From Deltaproteobacteria bacterium (GTDB lineage: Bacteria > Myxococcota_A > Polyangia > JAAYKL01): DNA of 64,000 nucleotides. The translations under genes and the position numbers were made by a program. This document shows positions 38,311 to 47,965 of this stretch, piece by piece. The stretch lies in NCBI GenBank assembly GCA_029565915.1, contig JAKQNG010000197.1, forward strand, positions 12,759 to 76,758, given 5' to 3'. How positions within the stretch are numbered: the stretch's first letter is position 1; each line of letters starts with the position of its first letter. The notes under the pieces were generated by a model. That model was not told the origin of the DNA. It did no database searches and worked only from the letters and a program-made list of their open reading frames with translations.

Positions 38311-39518
38311 CATCCGTGACCCGCGGCATCGTCACCCTGCTGCTGATTTTCTGCGGGACGGCGTTGCTCCCGGCGTGTCATCCTCCGAAGACGTCTGCTC
38401 ATCATTCCCTCCGGGGCAGAATGGATGTGCTGCAATTCCGGTGGCGGCGACAGCTGTATTCCAATACGCCCGATTTTATCATTCCACAGTTTTATGAGCG
38501 GTATGACCGGTTTCAGCCGGTGGAAACCGCCGGTGCCGCGTTTGACACGGATCGCCGTCGTGTTTTCATCGGCGCTGCCGTTGGCGGATTCTACTGTCTG
38601 GACGCAGGGACCGGCAAAACGGTCTGGCGCCGCGACTTCGACGATCCGATCGGCTCCACGCCGGTGTACGACAGTGCGCGCAGCCGCGTGTACGTAGGTG
38701 CGGATGACGGATTCCTCCACGCCTTCCATTCCCGCTCCGGTCGCCGGATCTGGACGGTGGATACGGGAGCGGAGCTGCGCCGGAATATCTGGATGGTCGC
38801 CGACACGCTGTTTGCCGTCAACGCGGACAACACGGTTGTCGCCGTGGATCCGCAGGGCGGTGAAATTGTCTGGCGCTACCGGCGCTCACCGGTCGAAGGA
38901 TTTTCTTCGGTCAGTTACGCCGATTTGAATCTGGTAGACGGGACAATATACGCGGGATTCAGCGACGGCATCCTGGCCGCCATCGATGCGGGCACGGGGC
39001 AGGAAAAGTGGACCGCCGATCTGGCCGCTGAAGTGGTGGCGTCCGCTGGCGGTGAAGACGTGCTCCTTGTCGATGTAGATGCGACCCCGGTGGTGGCAGG
39101 CAATCGGGTCATCGCCGCCACGCTGACCGGCGGCGTGCAGGCCGTGGACGCCGCATCCGGCAGTCTCCTGTGGACGCGTCCCGATCTCGACATGGTGACC
39201 GGCCTTGCATTCGTGAACGGCGAAGTGCAGGCAGTCCGCGCGGGAGATCGGGGGCTGGTGTCGCTTTCGGTGGAAACCGGCGAGACACTGCTGGAAAGCC
39301 GATTCGGGCTCGGTCTGAAATTCGACCCGGTCGTCTATGACGATCTGCTGCTCATCCCCGACACGGAAGCGGGCCTTTACATGGTGTCCGCCGGAACGGG
39401 GCGGGTGCTGAATCTGCTCGACGTGAACGGCGGGTTCTTCGCGCGGCCGACCATCCACGCCGGCTACCTGTTGATCATGGGGAACTGGACAACACTTTTT
39501 TCGTTTGCGATAAACTGA
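38307..39518 (+). CDS. PQQ-like beta-propeller lipoprotein (BamB-like)
   Basis: Lipobox LPAC; repeated (A/C)xDAxTGxxxW blades; DVDATPV motif; yfgM-bamB-like pairing. Confidence 0.82.
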   Translation: MTSVTRGIVTLLLIFCGTALLPACHPPKTSAHHSLRGRMDVLQFRWRRQLYSNTPDFIIPQFYERYDRFQPVETAGAAFDTDRRRVFIGAAVGGFYCLDAGTGKTVWRRDFDDPIGSTPVYDSARSRVYVGADDGFLHAFHSRSGRRIWTVDTGAELRRNIWMVADTLFAVNADNTVVAVDPQGGEIVWRYRRSPVEGFSSVSYADLNLVDGTIYAGFSDGILAAIDAGTGQEKWTADLAAEVVASAGGEDVLLVDVDATPVVAGNRVIAATLTGGVQAVDAASGSLLWTRPDLDMVTGLAFVNGEVQAVRAGDRGLVSLSVETGETLLESRFGLGLKFDPVVYDDLLLIPDTEAGLYMVSAGTGRVLNLLDVNGGFFARPTIHAGYLLIMGNWTTLFSFAIN

Positions 39519-39535
39519 CTTTCCGGGGAACGCAG

Positions 39536-40324
39536 ATGAAAAAAATCCTGGCGATTGCATACAACACCTACCGGGAAGCGATCCGCGACCGCATCCTGTA
39601 CGGCTTTCTCTTCTTTGCCATCTCCATCATCCTGTTCAGCCTGGTACTCGGAAAGCTGTCCATCAACCAGCAGATCCGCACCACCATCGACGTAGGGCTG
39701 GCGGGAATTTCGCTGTTTTCCGTGTTGATTGCCATCTTCATCGGCATCAACCTGCTCAACAAGGAAATCCAGAAACGCACCATCTATCCGATTCTGTCCA
39801 AGCCCGTGGGCCGTCACGCCTACCTCCTCGGCAAGTTCGGCGGCATCGCCATGGTGCTCGTCGTCCAGATCGCCCTCATGCTGGCCGTTTTCCTGCCGCT
39901 CATCGTCCTGCAGGGCGGCGAGATCACGTTCGGCCTGCTGACCGCGGTGGTGCTTATCTTCTTTGAAACGCTGATGGTCATTGCCATGGCCATGTTTTTT
40001 ACCTCGTTCTCCAGTCCGTTCCTGAGCGGGATATTCTGTCTGGGGCTGTTTGTCGCGGGGCGCAGCGCCGATCTGATTGCCGAACTGGGCCGGCAGAAAG
40101 AACTCGTTTCACTGGCGCCCCTGTTCGAAGGCGTTTCCGTTGTACTGCCGAACTTCTATCTCTTCTATCCGAGCGGCAAAATCGTCGAGGGTGCATTTGC
40201 CACCGTCCACGCCCAGTTCATTTCAACGGGATATCTCTATTCGGCGATTGCCTATTCGCTCATCTGTACGGCGTCATTCCTGGTTGCTGCCATGCTCATC
40301 TTCCGTCGAAGGGATTTCATCTAG
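39536..40324 (+). CDS. ABC-2 type permease (PilI-like)
   Basis: AIAYNTYREAIRDRILY, EIQKRTIYPILSKP.R..YLLGKF.G, IFRRRDF; about 6 TM segments. Confidence 0.88.
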   Translation: MKKILAIAYNTYREAIRDRILYGFLFFAISIILFSLVLGKLSINQQIRTTIDVGLAGISLFSVLIAIFIGINLLNKEIQKRTIYPILSKPVGRHAYLLGKFGGIAMVLVVQIALMLAVFLPLIVLQGGEITFGLLTAVVLIFFETLMVIAMAMFFTSFSSPFLSGIFCLGLFVAGRSADLIAELGRQKELVSLAPLFEGVSVVLPNFYLFYPSGKIVEGAFATVHAQFISTGYLYSAIAYSLICTASFLVAAMLIFRRRDFI

Positions 40325-40929
40325 TGGGGGAGCGCGGGCGAACCCTGATCTCCGGCCTGTCCATCTTCCTGTTGCTCTGCGGCATTGCCGCCGGTGTCCT
40401 TTGCGGTCGATTGATATGGGAATCGCGGAAGTACTATGGACAAGGGGAGGAATACCTGCGAGCGGGCGATACGGACCGGGCCGCTGATGCTTTTGAAAAC
40501 GCGGTGCGGGCATACGTTCCGGGAAGCCCCTGGGGCGAAAGGGCGATGTGGCAGCTCAGTCTTCTGGCGCGACGGGCAACGATGGCGGGCGACCCGGTAT
40601 CCGCCCGTTTTCTGTGGGAACGGGTCCGCCGCAGCGCCCTGTCCGTGCGCCATGTCACCCAGCCCTACGGCGGCCAGCTCGCAGACGCGGAGAAACAGAT
40701 CCGCCGGCTCGCCCGGGGCATGTCAAAGGGACCGGATGCCACCGCATCGCTCGTGGCGCGGCCGGCGGATCCGGGCATCCTGATGTCGGTGCTGCTGGCG
40801 GTGGGCGTGTCGCTGTGGATTGGCGGCGCCGGCGTCGCTCTGACAGGGTCGGGACGCCGGGAGCGCATCGCCGCTGCTGCCAGCGCCGGGGGATTGCTGT
40901 TGTGGCTGATGGCAGCTGTCCTGGCGTGA
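40324..40929 (+). CDS. Hypothetical membrane protein with TPR-like helices
   Basis: GTG start overlapping the previous stop; N-terminal TM, AVRAYVPGSPW, two C-terminal TMs. Confidence 0.7.
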   Translation: MGERGRTLISGLSIFLLLCGIAAGVLCGRLIWESRKYYGQGEEYLRAGDTDRAADAFENAVRAYVPGSPWGERAMWQLSLLARRATMAGDPVSARFLWERVRRSALSVRHVTQPYGGQLADAEKQIRRLARGMSKGPDATASLVARPADPGILMSVLLAVGVSLWIGGAGVALTGSGRRERIAAAASAGGLLLWLMAAVLA

Positions 40930-40990
40930 CGGGGCCTGTTGTATTATTTTGACCGGACAGAGAAGCGGTGTAGGTTGAAATTCCCGGAGG

Positions 40991-41278
40991 ATGATCATGA
41001 CCAGCGAAAACAGAGATGTCTATGAACGATACCTGCGGATCTTTTCAGAGCGCTTCGGCGATCTGGATTTCGGACAGCCGGTCAGGAACGATGGCTACCT
41101 GGTGAAAAAGCTGACCGGGGAGGAGTTTTCCACATTGTGGACGCGCTATCGGCAGCTGGAAAACTATCTTCGCGACACGATGAGTGCGGGTCATACCCTG
41201 AGCGACGCCGTGGAGTATCAATACCGTGAACTCTGCGCCGCGGTTCTTGAGAAACCCAAGGATTTCAAATTGTTGTAA
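40991..41278 (+). CDS. Small hypothetical protein
   Basis: GGAGG RBS; 93-95 aa with protein-like composition (GYLVKKLTGEEF). Confidence 0.7.
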   Translation: MIMTSENRDVYERYLRIFSERFGDLDFGQPVRNDGYLVKKLTGEEFSTLWTRYRQLENYLRDTMSAGHTLSDAVEYQYRELCAAVLEKPKDFKLL

Positions 41279-41327
41279 TCCATCTGGACATCGTCCGGTC
41301 CCCGCCCGGGATTTTCGCAAACTTTCC

Positions 41328-41356
41328 TTGACACCCGATCCCCTTCAGACTAAGAA
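41328..41356 (+). promoter_or_regulatory. Sigma-70-type promoter for rplM-rpsI
   Basis: TTGACA (41328-41333), 17-nt spacer, TAAGAA (41351-41356). Confidence 0.6.
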
Positions 41357-41423
41357 ATAGCGCTCTGTTGACAGGGAAATGCCCCTTTCAACGGGATATG
41401 AATTTGACACTGGAGCAATGATC

Positions 41424-41861
41424 ATGCGGACATTCAATGCAAAACCCGGCCAGATTGAGCAGCGGTGGTACATCGTTGACGCGGCGGGAAAGAATCTGGG
41501 ACGGACGGCCTCCCAGATCGCAACCATCCTCATGGGGAAGAACAAGCCCACGTATACACCCCACGTCGACACCGGTGACCACGTGGTGGTCGTCAATGCG
41601 GAGAAGGTCGTTCTGACCGGCAAGAAGATGAAAGAAAAAATGTATTACCAGCACACCGGCTGGGTCGGCGGCCTCAACGCGCTGAATGCGGCGGACATGC
41701 TGGCCAAGGATCCGACGTCACTGCTGCGAATTGCCGTCAAGGGAATGCTTCCCAAAACGAAACTCGGTGCCGGCATGCTCGGCAAGCTCAAGGTTCACGC
41801 GGGAGACCTGCCCGCACATGGCTATAGTGCGCAGAAGGCACAGCCGCTGGAACTGAAATAA
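41424..41861 (+). CDS. rplM: 50S ribosomal protein L13
   Basis: WYIVDA.GK.LGR.AS..A..L.GK.KP.YTPHVDTGD, AVKGMLPK; GGAG RBS. Confidence 0.98.
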   Translation: MRTFNAKPGQIEQRWYIVDAAGKNLGRTASQIATILMGKNKPTYTPHVDTGDHVVVVNAEKVVLTGKKMKEKMYYQHTGWVGGLNALNAADMLAKDPTSLLRIAVKGMLPKTKLGAGMLGKLKVHAGDLPAHGYSAQKAQPLELK

Positions 41862-41876
41862 GAAGGGGAAGAATCA

Positions 41877-42275
41877 ATGTCTGATAATGCAGAACGCTGG
41901 TATGCCACGGGTCGACGGAAGAGGGCGGTTGCCCGCGTGTGGATGAGTCCCGGCAGCGGCAAGGTCACCGTGAATGACAAGGATGAAGAAATTTATTTTT
42001 CCCGCGCCATTCTGCGGATGATCATGCGTCAACCGCTGGAAGTGGCCGAAGCTGAAGGCAAATACGATTTCGTGATCAATGTGGTCGGTGGCGGGTGCTC
42101 TGCCCAGGCCGAAGCCTGCCGGTTCGGCATTTCCCGCGCCCTCACCCGGGCGGAAATTGATCGCCGCAGCCCTCTCAAGAAGGCCGGCTTCCTCACCCGC
42201 GACGCCCGCGAAGTCGAGCGCAAGAAGTACGGCAAGCGCGGCGCCCGTCGTTCCTTCCAGTTCTCCAAACGGTAA
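41877..42275 (+). CDS. rpsI: 30S ribosomal protein S9
   Basis: [34 protein letters not shown]. Confidence 0.98.
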   Translation: MSDNAERWYATGRRKRAVARVWMSPGSGKVTVNDKDEEIYFSRAILRMIMRQPLEVAEAEGKYDFVINVVGGGCSAQAEACRFGISRALTRAEIDRRSPLKKAGFLTRDAREVERKKYGKRGARRSFQFSKR

Positions 42276-42391
42276 ATCCGGTTTCCCGTCATCAACTCCA
42301 GTCGAAACGCACGCATCTGTGCGCAGTTTCCTTGATGTGTATTTGGAGTTCGTTGGACGAGGTGAAAAGATACAGAAGATGCAGGAAGGGA

Positions 42392-42754
42392 CTACTCGCC
42401 GCACATGTTGGCACAGGCTTCCGGGAATCCGCTGGGATCGCCGCCCGACATGGCAACTACCGCGGCATTGAAGTCGGCGCATTCCATCGCTTCGGCTTCG
42501 TCCACGCAGGTGGCAGCGACTTCGCCATCGAATGCAGCACAGTTGGCAAAAATGATGCCGTTGACGGTGGTCGCGCATCCATCGAGCCCACCCATTCCGG
42601 TGACCATTGCCTCGTTGCATTCCAGCATCTTTCCACACTCTCCGGCAACGACTTCCTCCTGTGTCAGGCTGGCAGGTTCATCGGACTCTTCGTCACATCC
42701 AGCGATAACCCCGCACAGCAGTGCAGACATCATGATGATGAGGACCTTTTTCAT
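42392..42754 (-). CDS. Small acidic Cys-rich lipoprotein
   Basis: MKKVLIIMMSALLCGVIAGC lipobox; mature part has 8 further Cys; AAGGA RBS. Confidence 0.8.
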   Translation of the reverse strand: MKKVLIIMMSALLCGVIAGCDEESDEPASLTQEEVVAGECGKMLECNEAMVTGMGGLDGCATTVNGIIFANCAAFDGEVAATCVDEAEAMECADFNAAVVAMSGGDPSGFPEACANMCGE

Positions 42755-42848
42755 TTCTTGTTCCTTTCGTTGATCGTCTTCGACGAGTTGGTTGCGCAGA
42801 TAAATGTAGCGGCATTTTTTACGGGGGCAAGCAAACCGGTCTTTGTTT

Positions 42849-43226
42849 TCAGATCGGTTCGATGAAGGGTTGGACATTTGCCAGCAGTTTGGGGCCGATG
42901 CCGGGAACCCTGATCAGCTCCTCAACATCCTCAAAGGGACCGTGAAACTCCCGGTACTGCACAATGGCGCGGGCCCGCTCTGATCCGATGCCCGGCAGAT
43001 ACTGGAGTTCCATTTCGTTGTCCCGGTTCAGGTCCACACCCACACCGCACAGATGCCGTCGGGAAGCGGGCTCCTGCCTTACGGTGGGTCCGCAGGACGG
43101 CTTTACGGAATCCGGTTTGTCCTCGTCCGACGGGTGAAAGGTTTGCGGGCAACGGAGGAGGGCCGTTGCGACAATCACAAACAGGGTGATGGCTGCGGCA
43201 ATGATTCGATGATGGACACTTTTCAT
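42849..43226 (-). CDS. comEA: ComEA-family helix-hairpin-helix DNA-binding protein
   Basis: N-terminal TM; VDLN....EL..LPGIG..RA.AIV.YRE.HGPF..VEEL.RVPGIGPK. Confidence 0.85.
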   Translation of the reverse strand: MKSVHHRIIAAAITLFVIVATALLRCPQTFHPSDEDKPDSVKPSCGPTVRQEPASRRHLCGVGVDLNRDNEMELQYLPGIGSERARAIVQYREFHGPFEDVEELIRVPGIGPKLLANVQPFIEPI

Positions 43227-43314
43227 GTTGTTCAATATCCTTCGCGCGCGTTGCAACAACAGATATCGGCCGTTCTGTCCGGATTGTGCCGAAAAAATGC
43301 GCGGGAAAGAAAAT

Positions 43315-45795
43315 ATGCGGTTCGGTGAACGACAGTTTGACAGCTTTGTGCAGTTCCTGCTCCGTCGCCCATTGGTGCCGGTGGGGATCGTTGTTCTGCT
43401 CACCGCGATCTCCGCCTTCTGGCTCATCGCGTTCAAGCCGTTGCGGCTGGACACGAATTTCACCACGCTGCTCCCCGACGAGCTGCCCTGTGTCGTGGAA
43501 TCCCGAAGGGTTTCCCGGCTCGTGGGTTCCACGGATTTTTTATATATCGCCATTACCTCGCCGGTGCCCGCCGACAACATGGCGTTTGCACAGGACATGG
43601 CAAAGCGGCTGGCATCCCTGCCGTTCATCGACTGGGTGACCACCCGGGAGGACAAGTCCTTTTTCCGACGACACCGGTTGCTGTATCTCGAAACGGCGGA
43701 CCTGCAAACGATTGTCCGGCGGGCGAAGGCGCGGGTGGCCTATGAAAAGAAAGTTGCCAACCCGTTCTTTGTCAGCCTGGACGATGAACCGCCTCCGGAT
43801 ATCGGGTTTGACGATATCATGGAGAAGTATGACGAGCGACTGGCGCGCGCCGGTGTCAAGGGAATCCTCGGAACGTCGAAGAAGGCCGGCCAGGACGCCG
43901 GGAACGGGGATACCTCGAAGAAGGTGGATACGGGGGACTTCATCGCCAGTCCGGATGGCACGCTGGTCACGGTCATGGCGCGGCCCTCGCGGCCGGCGGT
44001 GGACATGGACTTTGCGCGGATGCTGGTCGAACGCGCGCAGAAGCTGATCGACGCATCGAATCCCCACCGCAACGACCGGATGCGGGTGAAGGTGGCCGGC
44101 TCCTATCGGAACCGGACAATGGAGTACAACAACATTGTCAATGACATCGTCACATCCATCGCGTCGTCCCTTGTCCTCATTGTCCTGATCATCATCGTGT
44201 ATTTCCGACGGGCCCGCTCGCTGGTGCTGGTGCTGTTGCCGCTGGTGGCCGGCACGGTGTTGAGCGTAGCGGTGACTGCGTTAACCCTGGGTCGCCTGAA
44301 CATGGTGACCGCGCTCATTTTTGCGGTGGTCATGGGGCTCGGGATCGATTTCGGCGTGCACATGACCACGCGCTATCTCGATGAACGGGGACGTGGGAAG
44401 ACGCTGCAGGAATCCATGATGCTGGCGCTGTCGAAGACGGGACGGGCGATTCTCACGGCGGGGTTGACCACCGCTGGCGCCCTCGGCGTCATGGCAGCCG
44501 CCGAATTCAAGGGCTTCATGGAGTTCGGCATCATTGCCATGCTGGGTATCCTCATCTGCTTGGTTGTCTATATCGTCATGGTGCCGGCCCTGGGAGCGAT
44601 GATGGAGCGCTTTTCCGCGCCCTCGCCGTGGCGCAGAAAATCAATGGTAGGCGATCGCCCGGTCCGACGCATTCCCGCGTGGTTGCCCGGGGTGGCGCTG
44701 GTGGTCATCGCCGCGGTGACCGCCGTGGCCTTCGTTCAGGCGCGTCGCATCGAATTTGAATATGACTTCCGCCGGCTGGGCAGTCAGAAAAAGGTGTCCA
44801 CAACGATTCAGTATGGCCGGACGCTGTCCCAGAGTTCGTCACCGGTAGTGATTCTTCTCAATACGCCGCAACAGGCGAAGGCGGCCACGCGGCATCTGGA
44901 AAAGGTCATGGAATCGCCCGCCAACGTGGATGGACTGCTGCGGAACGTCTTTTCCCTGTTCACCTTCATTCCCGATGATCAGGAAAGGAAGATAGCACTG
45001 CTAGGGGAGTTGCAGGGATACGTGGATGAGGCGCTGGCCCTGCGGAAGCTGAAAAAGGACGTCCGGGAGCAACTGGAGGAGCTGCGGGAGTGGACCGACG
45101 TGGCGCCCATTACAGAGAAGTCCCTGCCCGACTGGGTGACCGCGAAATTCACCCGCAAGGACGGTCAGGTGGGCGGCATGGTGTACCTCTTTCCCCGGGT
45201 AAACGAGTTTCACGTGGACCAGATGGCCCGGTTCTACGATCTGTTCGGCGTGATAGACATTCCCGACGTGGGCCGGGTGCACCCGACCGCATCTGGCTTC
45301 ATTCTGGTAGAAGTCATTCGTGCGGTCCAACGGGACGGGGTGACGATGACCGCTATTTCCCTGGCCGTCGTGCTGCTGGTGCTGGTGCTGGATTTCCGCC
45401 GTCCCGGACCGGTGCTCCTCACCTTCGGCCCGCTGCTGGTGAGCCTCATCTGGGTGGCGGGCATCATGGGGATGACGGGGATGAAACTGGGCCTTTACAA
45501 CATGCTGGTGCTGCCGCTTCTGCTGGGCGTGGGCATCGACACTGCCGTGCACATTTATCACTCCTATCAGGAACAGGGCCCGGGTTCGCTGAGGTCCGTG
45601 ATCCGGACGACCGGAATGGCAACGCTGATCGCCTCCGTGACCACCGGTGTCGGATTCGTGGGGATGATGACCGTGTCTCACAACGGACTGCGCACCATCG
45701 GCTCCCTGGCCATCGTCGGCATCAGCGTCACCCTGATCGGCAGCATGATCACGCTGGTTGCATTTCTGGCGTGGCGGGAATCCCGCAAAAAATAG
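43315..45795 (+). CDS. MMPL/RND-family transporter (HpnN-like)
   Basis: Two pseudo-symmetric halves with GLGIDFGVH and GVGIDTAVH, about 12 TM segments and large extracytoplasmic loops. Confidence 0.9.
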   Translation: MRFGERQFDSFVQFLLRRPLVPVGIVVLLTAISAFWLIAFKPLRLDTNFTTLLPDELPCVVESRRVSRLVGSTDFLYIAITSPVPADNMAFAQDMAKRLASLPFIDWVTTREDKSFFRRHRLLYLETADLQTIVRRAKARVAYEKKVANPFFVSLDDEPPPDIGFDDIMEKYDERLARAGVKGILGTSKKAGQDAGNGDTSKKVDTGDFIASPDGTLVTVMARPSRPAVDMDFARMLVERAQKLIDASNPHRNDRMRVKVAGSYRNRTMEYNNIVNDIVTSIASSLVLIVLIIIVYFRRARSLVLVLLPLVAGTVLSVAVTALTLGRLNMVTALIFAVVMGLGIDFGVHMTTRYLDERGRGKTLQESMMLALSKTGRAILTAGLTTAGALGVMAAAEFKGFMEFGIIAMLGILICLVVYIVMVPALGAMMERFSAPSPWRRKSMVGDRPVRRIPAWLPGVALVVIAAVTAVAFVQARRIEFEYDFRRLGSQKKVSTTIQYGRTLSQSSSPVVILLNTPQQAKAATRHLEKVMESPANVDGLLRNVFSLFTFIPDDQERKIALLGELQGYVDEALALRKLKKDVREQLEELREWTDVAPITEKSLPDWVTAKFTRKDGQVGGMVYLFPRVNEFHVDQMARFYDLFGVIDIPDVGRVHPTASGFILVEVIRAVQRDGVTMTAISLAVVLLVLVLDFRRPGPVLLTFGPLLVSLIWVAGIMGMTGMKLGLYNMLVLPLLLGVGIDTAVHIYHSYQEQGPGSLRSVIRTTGMATLIASVTTGVGFVGMMTVSHNGLRTIGSLAIVGISVTLIGSMITLVAFLAWRESRKK

Positions 45796-46905
45796 TCAGA
45801 GTTCCCGCGCCGCAAGCCATCCGGCAGAAAAGGACGCCAGACGCCCCTCCGCGATGGCCATCCGTGCGCCCTTCATCAGGTCGCCGTAGTGGGTCAGGTT
45901 GTGGATGGTGAGCAGGCGGTGGATGAGCAGCTCACTGCTCATGAACAGGTGGCGGAGATATCGGCGGTCGAACGTGCGGCAGGTGTAGCAGGAACAGTCC
46001 GGGTCCAGGGGTCGCGCATCGTCGGCGAACCGGGCGCCCTTGATGCCGATTTTTCCACCCCGCACAAATGCCTGACCGTTGCGGGCGTTCCGCGTGGGCA
46101 TGACACAGTCGAACATGTCAATGCCGCAGGCGATGCCCGTGAGAATGTCCGCCGGCGTGCCGACACCCATGACATAGCGGGGACGCTCCGCCGGCATGTC
46201 CTTCCCGGTGCACTGGAAAATGCGGTACATGTCTTCCCGGGGTTCGCCGACGGACAGTCCGCCCAGAGCGATGCCGTCAAAGGGAAGGGACGCGATTTCC
46301 TGCAGGTGGGCCGCGCGAAGGTCTTCGTGGATGCCGCCCTGCACGATGCCGAAGAGTGCCTGTCCATCGGCCCGGGGCACATCGAGCTGTTGCTTTGCCC
46401 ACGCGGTGGTGCGGTCCATGGCGCGGCGGACCGTATCCCTGTCCGCATTGCCCGGTGGGCACTCGTCCAGCACCATGGCGATGTCAGACGAGAGGGCGGC
46501 CTGGACGTCAATGGCCCGCCGGGGCGTCAGGGCGATGCGGGCGCCATCGATGTGGGAGGAGAACACGACCCCTTCATCGTCAATTTTTGCCCGGTCGCTC
46601 AGGCTGAAAATCTGGAACCCACCGGAATCGGTGAGGGTGGGTCCGTTCCATGCCATGAAGCGCGCGAGACCGCCGGCACGGGCAATGCGTCCTTCGCCGG
46701 GTCGGAGCATCAGGTGGTAGGTGTTGCCCAGCAGGATATCGGCGCCCGTGGCACGCACGTCGTCGGGAGACAGGGCCTTGACAGCGGCCCGGGTTCCCAC
46801 CGGCATGAACGCGGGGGTTGGTACGACGCCCCGCGAGGTGCGGATTTCACCGGCACGGGCGTGGCCGTCCGTCGCTTTCACGCAAAACGAGAATCCATCG
46901 GTCAT
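45796..46905 (-). CDS. tgt: tRNA-guanine transglycosylase
   Basis: TPAFMPVGT, NTYHL, TDSGGFQ, FGIVQGG, GGLSVGE, DMFDCVMPTRNARNG, CSCYTC. Confidence 0.97.
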   Translation of the reverse strand: MTDGFSFCVKATDGHARAGEIRTSRGVVPTPAFMPVGTRAAVKALSPDDVRATGADILLGNTYHLMLRPGEGRIARAGGLARFMAWNGPTLTDSGGFQIFSLSDRAKIDDEGVVFSSHIDGARIALTPRRAIDVQAALSSDIAMVLDECPPGNADRDTVRRAMDRTTAWAKQQLDVPRADGQALFGIVQGGIHEDLRAAHLQEIASLPFDGIALGGLSVGEPREDMYRIFQCTGKDMPAERPRYVMGVGTPADILTGIACGIDMFDCVMPTRNARNGQAFVRGGKIGIKGARFADDARPLDPDCSCYTCRTFDRRYLRHLFMSSELLIHRLLTIHNLTHYGDLMKGARMAIAEGRLASFSAGWLAAREL

Positions 46906-47954
46906 GACATCACCGGAAGAACAAGCATGGCGTCGCCGTAGCTGTAAAAGCGGTAACTCCGGGCAATTGCTTCTTCGTAACAGCGCAGAATGAATTCGCG
47001 GCCCGCCAGAGCGGAAACCAGGCACAGCAGCGTGGACCGCGGCAGATGGAAGTTGGTGAGGAGGCCGTTGACCACCTTGAACGAAAAAGGAGGAACAATG
47101 AACATCCGCGTGGAACCTCCGCCGGCCGCCAGGTTGCCGCCATGCTGCGCGGCGCAGCCCTCAAGGGCCCGCACGGCGGTCGTGCCGATGGCGATCACGG
47201 GTCGTCCTTCGGACCGCGCACGAAAGACGGCTTCCACCGTGGCCCGGGGAATGTCGTAGTACTCAACGTCCATGGCGTGTTGTTCGACCACACCGGCGGT
47301 GATGGGGCGGAATGTGCCGGGACCCACGTGGAGGGTGACAAACTGCAGCTCGTGGCCCTCGGCAAATAGCGCATCGATCAGCGCCTGCGTGAGATGGAGT
47401 CCGGCGGTGGGGGCTGCCACGGATCCTTCGTGCTTCGCGTAGACGGTCTGGTAGCGCTCCTTATCGGCCTCTTCCACCGGTCGTTGAATGTACGGAGGAA
47501 GCGGGACCGCGCCGATCTGCGCAACGACGTCGCGGAACCCCGCTGCTCCGCAGTTCATGCGCAGGCGCCGGTCGCCCTGTTCGCCGCTGGCGGTGACAGT
47601 GGCTTCCACGTCGCCGATGAGCAGGCGGGAGCCGATGCGCAGGGGTTTGGCTGACCGGCACAGGGCCGTCCATTCACAGGTGTCCGCCGCGTCCATTTCC
47701 AGTCGGACGAGGAGCACTTCCACCGCGCCGCCGGTGGGGCGTCTGGCCGCGAGTCTGGCCGGGAACACCCGGCTGTCATTGGCAATGAGCAGGGACCGCG
47801 GTGGAAGCAGTGCCGCCAGATCGGAAATCCGTTCGTGGGCAATGGCGCCGGTTACCGGGTCGGCCACCAGCAGGCGTCCGCCGTCCCGCTCTAGTGGGGG
47901 ATGACTGGCGATGAGGTGAGCGGGCAGCGCGTAGTCGAACAGATCGGTGTCCAT
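46902..47954 (-). CDS. queA: S-adenosylmethionine:tRNA ribosyltransferase-isomerase
   Basis: FDY.LP..LIA, PLPPYI, RYQTVYA..GSVAAPTAGLH, TLHVGPGTF, TNFHLPRS, YRFYSYGD. Confidence 0.97.
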   Translation of the reverse strand: MDTDLFDYALPAHLIASHPPLERDGGRLLVADPVTGAIAHERISDLAALLPPRSLLIANDSRVFPARLAARRPTGGAVEVLLVRLEMDAADTCEWTALCRSAKPLRIGSRLLIGDVEATVTASGEQGDRRLRMNCGAAGFRDVVAQIGAVPLPPYIQRPVEEADKERYQTVYAKHEGSVAAPTAGLHLTQALIDALFAEGHELQFVTLHVGPGTFRPITAGVVEQHAMDVEYYDIPRATVEAVFRARSEGRPVIAIGTTAVRALEGCAAQHGGNLAAGGGSTRMFIVPPFSFKVVNGLLTNFHLPRSTLLCLVSALAGREFILRCYEEAIARSYRFYSYGDAMLVLPVMS

Positions 47955-47965
47955 GGGCGGGATCG

